Assembly (NCBI GenBank): GCA_045837725.1
Contig: JBEWZL010000045.1
Coordinates: forward strand, 1-62,567
Direction: 5' to 3'
DNA from: Vermamoeba vermiformis
Taxonomy: Eukaryota
DNA: 62,567 nt
Shown in pieces: positions 52,075 through 62,567 of this stretch. Numbering within the stretch: the first letter of the stretch is position 1; each line of letters opens with the position of its first letter. The position numbers and the translations under genes are program-made. The notes under the pieces are model-generated. The model saw only the letters and a list, made by a program, of their open reading frames with translations, searched no databases and was not told the origin of the DNA.

Positions 52075-52780
52075 TTTAGGCGAGAAATAAATTCCAGTAA
52101 GTGAAGTAAACATAGCAATAAAAGATACGCTCATCAATGCATTGGCAGTCGAAGCTTTGATCTGATCGGGCGGGTTCATTGACGAATCCTAAGGCCATGT
52201 TATCAGTACAAAATACTATAATGACACGAATTACTTACAACAGTGACTACGTAATTTGATCCGGAGTCGCCCGTAGTTACGGTAACCGAATCTGCTTGCG
52301 CTTGATCTCCTGCTGTTACCGAAGTAGTAATCACCGCACTCTTTAGAGTACCGGTCATATCGGTGTCGATGAATACATTACCCTGAATATCAATGGTTAA
52401 ATCGATTCCTAAATCGGCAATAATACTAAAGATTTTCTCGATCTGAACTTACGCGCAGCCTGTTATAGACTAGTACTTGTTTAGTGGTGTCAGTCCAGTC
52501 AGCATTGTTCGTGAGGGTCTTCTTCACTATTATCGTCGTTAAATTCTGCGTCAGAAAGCCGAACACAATTGTCGAGAAATTGGTTGTCATTTGGATGCAG
52601 TTAAAATGAATCAAAGCGAATTACATTATTTTTCGCGACAGATATTCTTAGGGAAAATATTGTGTATAAATAAATTACAGCGAAAATACATGGGTAGGAC
52701 CAGTAGTTGGACTTACCTTGACCTAGCGCAATCTGCGCGCTGAACAGCACGATTGAAACAATTAAAATCTGCTTATTCAT
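52066..52780 (-). CDS. Small secreted Thr-rich protein with hydrophobic (GPI-signal-like) C-terminus, multi-exon
   Basis: MNKQILIVSIVLFSAQIALGQ|...TNFSTIVFGF...|GNVFIDTD...|DSSMNPPDQIKASTANALMSVSFIAMFTSLTGIYFSPKMR*. Confidence 0.5.
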
Positions 52781-53438
52781 ATTGAGGCTGTTGCGGTTGT
52801 GGTATTCTTGCTCCAAGTTGAAAATATCAGACTTAGGGGTATCGGGAAAATCCCATGGCATTGGTCCATTACTAAAAATAGTCGACCAATCATTTCGTTG
52901 CAGAATCAGAAAAAAACAAAGTCGAACACGAATTTATTACATACATCGTATTTTGCTTAAACCAACAGCACAAATATTTATTTGTGGTTTATGTTTATTT
53001 TCCGTGAGTTCATGTATTTAAAAGCATAGTTTTCACATTCTTGGTTTGATTCGCCGGATTTAGGTAAAAATATTAATTATTTCCATACCACTTGATTCGA
53101 ATTTGACACAAGGGTTACGTGACCGGTCCACAAACGTCAAATTCGAATCACATTATGGATTAGGCTTCTCTTCAATATTGAAACAAATTTCATCATGGTG
53201 CATAAAATATAATATAACCATTATATACTCGGAGCGAGATAAACTAGAGTTTATTAACACGAAGAAGGATCCATCTTTCCTCACCCACGAATTTAAGAGA
53301 TACGAAGGACTAAGTATATTATAATATCGTATAGCATCTTTAGTAATACAGTTGGTGCATACAATGGTTTGGAAAAACTTCACGTCGTTAGCTGGATCCA
53401 ACTTTAAGTTCAATTTGAGTCGCATCAAAATTTTGGAT

Positions 53439-56132
<2,694 letters not shown>

Positions 56133-56272
56133 ATTTAATATTTATAAGCAATAAAATCTTTTGTGGTGCAATGTTTTGTTAGATGCTAAAAATAAACATT
56201 CAATTTTGTGCCTCCGTTGAAGATACCAGAAGGCAATAGCTCTAGAAACTTAAAATTAAATTAAATTCAGCC

Positions 56273-58884
56273 ATGGAATCACAATTAATTGGAGCGAAAA
56301 GAAAAGGAGAAGATCTCGAGCAAGATCAACCGCAAAAAAAATCAAAAATCTCGGTAATTAATTTATTATTTATCATAATTTAAAGAGGGTTGGAGTATTT
56401 AAATTTTTACGGGAGAAAATATGGGCCAACTGTGGAAATATCGCGAGTACAGGGGGGTTTTGCGCATGTGGGAGCCGGTGCCCCTGCATAATATAAGAGG
56501 AGAATCCGAGGAGCTACCGTAGAGGGCGATTATGGGAAGAATATGGATGATTGAGCCACCTTAATTTAGGATACCCTGCCTTAATTGTACATTATTTATA
56601 CTCCTACCCTCTTTTTAACTTTATTTCGACAAAATAGTTAATCCAATGATCTTACTATGAATTTAAATTTCTAGGTAAACCTAACTCATGATCCTTATGT
56701 CCCTAATTTGTCTCAATTGATTGATCTCCCCGAAGATTGCTGGAGAGCTATTTCCGAATATTTAACGCTCGATACTGCTTCGGGATTGTATTACGCGTCA
56801 AAATCTTTTCGGCAAGTTCACGGTCGACTTGTAGCGCACTATTACAATCGGTTTTACGGTATGATGCCCCGTATTATTATTATTATTATTATTATAAGCT
56901 ATGAGTGCTAATTGCTGCGTTATCAGGTTTACCAATGGATTTAGCGCCACTTTTGCCCACATCCGTAACAAAACGAACTTCCAGGCTTGGTAGGCGCGTT
57001 AATTTTGATAGTTGAAATTATAATAATTATATGTATATAGATATCATTTTTTTATTCGAGCAAGCGATAGCATTGGCCGAAGCACAGGATTATTCGGATT
57101 TAGCTAAAGTCTTAAAGAGGATCAAACTTCGAGCTGAAATGATACAAACAGTGTTTATAGTCTTAAACACTATGCCTAAAAATTTGATAGACGAAAGGCA
57201 TTTGAAGTCAGTCTTCTATTCAGGTAGAGTACTACGTGGTTTAATGATTTTGAAAATGCTCGCAAAACTAATTTAGTTGCAGATTTTTATCGTAATTTAC
57301 AAGAGCTTCCTGAACACGAAGATAGTGATGAAACCGCCGATGTATCTCGTAAGTACTTTAATTTTAATATGTCATTTGTTAATTCTTGCCGATCCAGTAA
57401 GGGATCCATTTTTCATCGACCAAAGCACATTCTATGACAATATAATTTGTTATACTTATTTAAAATAGGTTACTCTAATTTTTTGCCGTAAATATTCAGA
57501 AAAATCAGCGTTCATTTGGATCGGAAAAGATCGCCGTTACATCGACGTCAAGTGCGAGTACCACGATTTATATTTACGTAGTTATGGAAAAGGATGGCTA
57601 GAATTTAATATTACAGTCGTATTAAAACAATTAGGAGTCGAGAATACTGGCGAAACAATCCTCTTCAGATTCAAGAAAGATCCAGCAGATTTTACCGAAA
57701 GTCATACAATCGAACAGTGTATATTTACAAATGATTCTTATGAAAAAGAAAAATTCTTCAATGACGAAGATGTTCGTAAAATAATGGATTGGTTGAAAGT
57801 GGATCTGATCGGCAATGAAAACTCGCCAAAGGCGTTCATGAACGTATTACTAAATTTGGCAGTCAATCAACAAATTCACATTATTCGAGATGAAGAAAGA
57901 CAAGCACTAGAATATGAGAACATTAAATTTGACGAATATGATACTTATCGCATGGAAGATGTAGAGCTAGAAGAATTGACGGAGAAATATAACGAGGAGA
58001 TTAAAGAGTTTAACGGCGATATAGTGAAGGAAATTTCACATTTAATGCGATATTTTTTGAGCGGAGCAAAAAATTGGATTGAAAAGGCACAATTCGTCGT
58101 GAAAAGATTGCTGCTAAAATTAGACTTTATCCGTGTTATAAAGGAGGTACGAAATAGATTATTTAATAATTATTAAATTAGCGACTAATACTTTGTTAGG
58201 CGAATATAAGCTCAGAAGAAGCGAAAAATGAATTAATTGATTTATTTGCACGAGCAACGCTAGATTGTAAGTTATCACAAGGCACTTGACTCGCTTTATT
58301 TTATTAATTTTATTAATAATTTTAAATATTGAAAGGTTGTCAATCTCATACTGCGGATTATTTCGTACAAGCAACTCGCAATTCATGGGCTTCGTTTGTC
58401 TCGTACATAGAGACAGAATTACGATTCAATTTGCAGCCAAAAGGTACGGTCCAAAAGATTTAACTTGAAATTTAACATTACAGACTTATTTAATCTGTCT
58501 TTGCTTGAACGCATTGTTACAACGTTTTACTTATGACTTTGTTGTGGTAATCTTAGGTTTTTTTAGATGAATCTACGTTCAGCTTTGGCACAACAATTTT
58601 TTACGAAAAAAGTCCGAGAACGGTTTATTCGAGCTATAGTATAGAAATGCGATTCGATAGGCACGCCTCAGAGCTACGATTCGAGTATCGCGAGGAATTA
58701 AAGCAAAAGTTTGACCGTACTGGCTTTTATGATAACATGCTTAGCAAAATGAATCTGAAGCACGTGACTTCAAAAGATTGGTATGAATTCTTCTTGCAGT
58801 TTACGAACCCGCCCAATGCAGGTGAATTAGATTAGGAAGAGTCTGTAAGATGAAGACGAAGAGAATATGAATGAAGATAATTAG
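56273..58884 (+). CDS. F-box-like protein of unknown function, multi-exon
   Basis: MESQLIGAKRK...KKSKIS|...LIDLPEDCWRAISEYLTLDTASGLYYASKSFR (F-box-like); further exons end in acidic DEDEENMNEDN*. Internal structure approximate. Confidence 0.55.
56382..56614. mobile_element. Candidate small MITE inside intron 1 of the F-box-like gene
   Basis: AAAGAGGGTTGGAGTAT (56382-56398) is inverted to ATACTCCTACCCTCTTT (56598-56614) with 1 mismatch. The interior is GC-richer and the intron unusually long. No clean TSD. Confidence 0.45.
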
Positions 58885-59139
58885 CGGTTCAATTAATTGT
58901 AAAATTTTGTATAGGCTTTGCTAAATATGCATGCAGATCTGAAACATCAATTTAATTTTTGCACCATTTATTCGAAATAACACAAATCGTTTGCGAAGAC
59001 AACGCGGCGAATGTATAGAGTTGAAAAAAAATTGCCCAGAACTGTACTTGGTTCGTTGGTTAAAGGCGATATCGCGGCTTGGTCTCGCGAGACTCATAGA
59101 TTATTCGCTCAGTTAAATAAAGTAAGTGCGTTCATTTTT

Positions 59140-59943
59140 TTATAGAATAGTACAATCACCGCCGCAATCACAATCACAATCGCAATCGCAGTCACAGTCA
59201 CACTCACAATCGCAGCTGCCGCATGAATTGGCATCGGCATCAATATTTCCATCGCCTCCAAGATCTCCGTGAGAGCCGCCAATATCACCGCCAGTCTGCC
59301 CGCTTGCGTTACCGCCAGATACGCCATCGATTACATTTGGCAAGCTAACGCTGACGCTTACGCTTACTGAGCTCATTGATATAGATTCGGCCTCAGAAGG
59401 CGAAGATTCGCTGGGCTCCTGCGTTGTTCGTCAACAATTTGGAATTAATTTTCCGATTATTCAATTACCTGACATTTAACTCCAAAGCGTAATGAGCCGC
59501 GTGCTAGTTTCTCTTCGTAAATGCATTCTTGCTTGTCGCCAGGATTGAAACGAACTTTTAAATTTCCGATCCGTTGCTTGACATTCTATAAATAAATAAA
59601 TCATAAGGATCCGTAGATATTAAATGACACGTATGCTTGTAAGCGGATAAACATTTTACTCACATAAACGCGTATCTTAATTGTTTTTTTCTTCTTGTCC
59701 AGTTTGAACGTGGCAGATTGGTTCCAGATTGGACTGTATTCATTTTCAATGCGCATTGTTGCCTTTTTGGATCCGTTGTATATTATAACGACGTAGCAAC
59801 TGTTAAAGTAAGTCATTAACCCCTGCAAGTTGGATGGTTTTGTAATTCCATTGTATTACATGTGAGCGTTTTTACCTTGAGGCTGCCACATCCGGCTGCA
59901 CGATCTCCTTTCCTTGAATAATTCGCACGACTAGCTGACTCAT
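59140..59943 (-). CDS. C2-domain protein with Gly/Asp linker, (Cys-Asp)n tract and CaaX box, 4 exons
   Basis: MSQLVVRIIQGKEIVQPDVAAS|SCYVVIIYN...YSPIWNQSATFKL..IKIRVY|NVKQRIGNLKV...LRFGVKCQ|...SCGSCDCECDCDCDCDCDCGGDCTIL*. Confidence 0.75.
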
Positions 59944-60131
59944 TGGCGTTGGAACGAACTAAAAATGACGATCCAAATGCCGTAATATACTTGTAAAACG
60001 GAAAAACGAAACCTCCAGAGTTGAGGTCCGAGTCCACTCACTTCGCCGTTTACAGTCCTCTCGACTTAAAAATTCCGGAGCAGTGAGTAATAATTACAAT
60101 CGGCAAACGGACAAGTTACCAGAAGTCTTTA

Positions 60132-60658
60132 TCAAGCCAGTAATATGATTACTGTAGTAAGAACTGCAAAATAAATTTTCTCGTTGATTGTAACAGATGC
60201 GGTTGGCGATCGGTTTGAAGGAGAAGCCGGCGATATAGAACCTAATGGTGCCGAGTACGGTGCTTCAGGAACATCAGATCCATAAGACCCTTCTAAGACA
60301 CCCTTCACTTTCGACATCAACAGATCCATGTTAACACCCACATCCGTGCCATCAGTTCCATTGTTTTTGAAGGGACTATCGTCACTCAGCTTAAAATTAG
60401 ATAGATAATCGATAAACCCAATATCTTCTAGCTTCGGGAAGTAAAAACGAGGAGGATAAGATCCCGATCCGATCACCTCATCCGTGAACAAGACATTCGC
60501 TTGCCATCTAAACTCAAATCATAAGATTAATATTTTAGCGAAAATATCAATATTTAAGAGCGAAGGGTTCTTACCTGCCATTAACCGTTTCAGCGGGTCC
60601 GGAATAATATTCAATCGCTGGTGTTCCCCCTCCATAGCCATCACCAGTAACTCCGTAT
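60132..60658 (-). CDS. 3' exons of a surface protein resembling the C-terminal cap of bacterial beta-helix proteins, with Ser/Pro linker and GPI-like tail; 5' part lies beyond the transposon
   Basis: YGVTGDGYGGGTPAIEYYSG..NGR|WQANVLF..SYPPRFYFP..IGFIDYLSNFKLSDDSPFKNNGTDGTDVGVNMD...KIYFAVLTTVIILLA*. Confidence 0.6.
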
Positions 60659-60780
60659 CTACGAGAAATCAATTACTCTCGATTTACGGAAACGTACAAA
60701 AATATTAAATTTAGTCTAAAATTTAGGGTTATCAAATTAAATTTAAAATCTTCGCGCCGAGATTAATTACCGTTTTTAAA

Positions 60781-61772
60781 ATGAACTCAGTACTACACGA
60801 GAGTGTACGGCGATTTTATCGTGAAGTGGGCAGTATTAACAGTACTGCTAATCACTTCCGCATTAATTGGCGAACTGCGAAGAAGATCATTTTCAACGTG
60901 CCTCGAAAGAAACGCACAACGATTTACACTGCCCAAGATATTGGTGAAATTGAGAAAATAGTAAGAGAAAATCCTAATTTATACCTTGATGAGATTCGCG
61001 ATGAGCTTCTTCTTCGCAGATTCGTTTTTTTAGGTACATCCACCGTTTGGAAAATTATGAACACCATCAATATTACTAGAAAGGTCGCGTCCTACCCTGC
61101 AATGGAGCGATTTACCCCAATGGCACTAGAGCTGAGAGCAAGATATTTAGGACAAGTAAGTTCTGTCCCGATCTCGTCTCTTTATTTCATTGATGAGACC
61201 GGTGTGGACTTTAAGACCTGTAGGCGCCGATTCGGACGAGCCCGACGTGGTGTACGACCTACTAAGCCTAGCAAGTATGTAAAAAACACTTCGTTTACCA
61301 TGCTCTCAGCGATAAGTACATCCGGGTTCGTGAGTTTCCACACAATTACGCAAAGTGCAGCGACTATTGATTTTAGTATTTTTATCACAGAGAAGGTACT
61401 TCCATTTATACCAGAAGGCTCAGTGCTGATTATAGACAATGCCTCTATCCACAAAGATCCAGCGTTAGAAGCAATTGTGCAGCTCTCGGGAAACAAATTT
61501 CTATTTTTACCACCCTATAGTCCCGACCTCAATCCGATTGAGATATCGTATGCCTATATTAAGAAGAAGCTACAGGTACAACGGCTAATTTAATCTCCCG
61601 CACAATCACAAAATTAAATTTTAAATTCTAGCGCCGAGGCACAGTTCGCGATGAAGACGTGGTTGCAGATCTATCGAATATAATGCGAAATATTCAGTCC
61701 AAACACATTAAGGCATGGGCAGAGAAATGTGGCTACATTGAACTCGGATCAGATTTTAATTTAGCAAAATAA
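60781..61772 (+). CDS. DD34E transposase (IS630/Tc1 family), 2 exons (60781-61575, 61632-61772)
   Basis: HTH region (ENPNLYLDEIRDEL..STVWKIM..ITRK), FIDETG, IIDNASIHK and LPPYSPDLNPIE with 34 residues between D2 and E. Splicing gives KKKLQ|RRGTVRDED...IKAWAEKCGY...LAK*. Confidence 0.93.
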
Positions 61773-61774
61773 AT

Positions 61775-62416
61775 TTATTTCTTCTCATTGGTGTTAGATT
61801 CAATCGCCTGTGGTGTTTCCACCTTGTCATTGTTCTTTTTAATGCTCTCTAAGAGTGCGTGGTCTGCAATTGGAGCGGGAGATGGAAGGCGTAAGTCTTC
61901 CACCGAAACCGATCTGCGCGAATCACAAGCTTTTGCGACTAGTTGAACCACTCTGTGAACTGCATATCCCAGGCGATATGCTCCATCAATACCTTCCTTA
62001 TCAGAGAACCAAGGATGTTTTGTGGCGACCCACTGTTGAAAACTTTTGATGAACTCTGTCGCCTCCTCGATCTGCTCAAGTCGTTTTAGACTGTTTTGCG
62101 ATGCTGTTACTGCTGCCTCGTCTGGGCTTAATTCACTAATTTTTCGCTTTTTGTTTGGTTGGCTCTTCATGGTGATTTCAGAATGGTGAGCTGGCGAACC
62201 ACACTTGGATGCGTCTTCGCACTTCACCTGAGAGCACTTGTGCTTAACCTTGATCTCATGACATATTGTGCAGCGCTGAGGAGCTCGTGGAGTACTCACT
62301 TTTGGTTTTGTTGCAGCGGGAGTGATAGGTACTGCACCATTATCGGCCGATTTTGTACCACATTCAGTACAAAAAAGTCCAGCGAGCTGAGAGCCACAAT
62401 TCGAGCAGAACGGCAT
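61775..62416 (-). CDS. Transposon-borne zinc-finger protein, 213 aa, intronless
   Basis: Zinc ribbon CSNC-x8-CTEC, second cluster CTICHEIKVKHKC..CEDASKC..HH, NLS-like PNKKRK, helical C-terminal region. Lies between the TIRs. Confidence 0.8.
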   Translation of the reverse strand: MPFCSNCGSQLAGLFCTECGTKSADNGAVPITPAATKPKVSTPRAPQRCTICHEIKVKHKCSQVKCEDASKCGSPAHHSEITMKSQPNKKRKISELSPDEAAVTASQNSLKRLEQIEEATEFIKSFQQWVATKHPWFSDKEGIDGAYRLGYAVHRVVQLVAKACDSRRSVSVEDLRLPSPAPIADHALLESIKKNNDKVETPQAIESNTNEKK

Positions 62417-62567
62417 TGTGGTACTTGTGCGAAGTTAAAATTTAATAACGGAAACTAAATTTAGCCCTAAATTTAGCATAATTTGTCACTAACGTTTCAA
62501 TGCGGGAATTTAATTTTGACTAAAATTATTAAATTTTAAGTTGTGTATGGTTCGATAAATCGAGAGT

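Larger units (their letters stand above)
60676..62566 (+). mobile_element. Complete IS630/Tc1/mariner-superfamily DNA transposon, 1891 bp, carrying two convergent genes
   Basis: Left TA|CTCTCGATTTACGGAAACGTACAAAA versus right reverse complement CTCTCGATTTATCGAACCATACACAA: 11 bp perfect, imperfect to about 26 bp. TA at 60674-60675; T at 62567 is consistent with the second TA. Confidence 0.9.

Noticed and set aside
61775-62416. Fanzor/TnpB as the transposon second gene
   Set aside because: Only 213 aa, the zinc ribbon is N-terminal, no RuvC motifs are visible, and there is no room for a guide RNA after the stop.

Overview
Gene-dense nuclear DNA of a microbial eukaryote: standard genetic code, many short AT-rich GT-AG introns, so most listed ORFs are exon fragments. 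A free-living amoebozoan is my inference from gene content only. Three parts. (1) 1-7.2 kb is a CpG-poor accessory island: a decayed NLS-bearing gene, a divergent histone H3 head-to-head (53 bp) with a Bro-N-like protein carrying an acidic tail, a virus-style F-box/ankyrin gene, GC-rich palindromes and a 1.1-kb non-coding TIR element with a 6-bp target duplication. (2) 7.5-60.6 kb holds about 25 host genes. These include a mitochondrion-targeted [FeFe]-hydrogenase, an acetate:succinate CoA-transferase and an ADP/ATP carrier within 10 kb, a divergent eS30 gene nested antisense in an intron, a FAD-oxidase/methyltransferase fusion, a four-Cache-repeat surface protein, a PH-filamin-gelsolin protein and a C2-(Cys-Asp)n-CaaX protein. 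(3) 60676-62566 is a complete two-gene IS630/Tc1 (DD34E) transposon with an intron-containing transposase and a convergent zinc-finger gene, inserted in a host intron. Gene models were assembled by eye and no database searches were run. No rRNA, tRNA or CRISPR arrays were seen.
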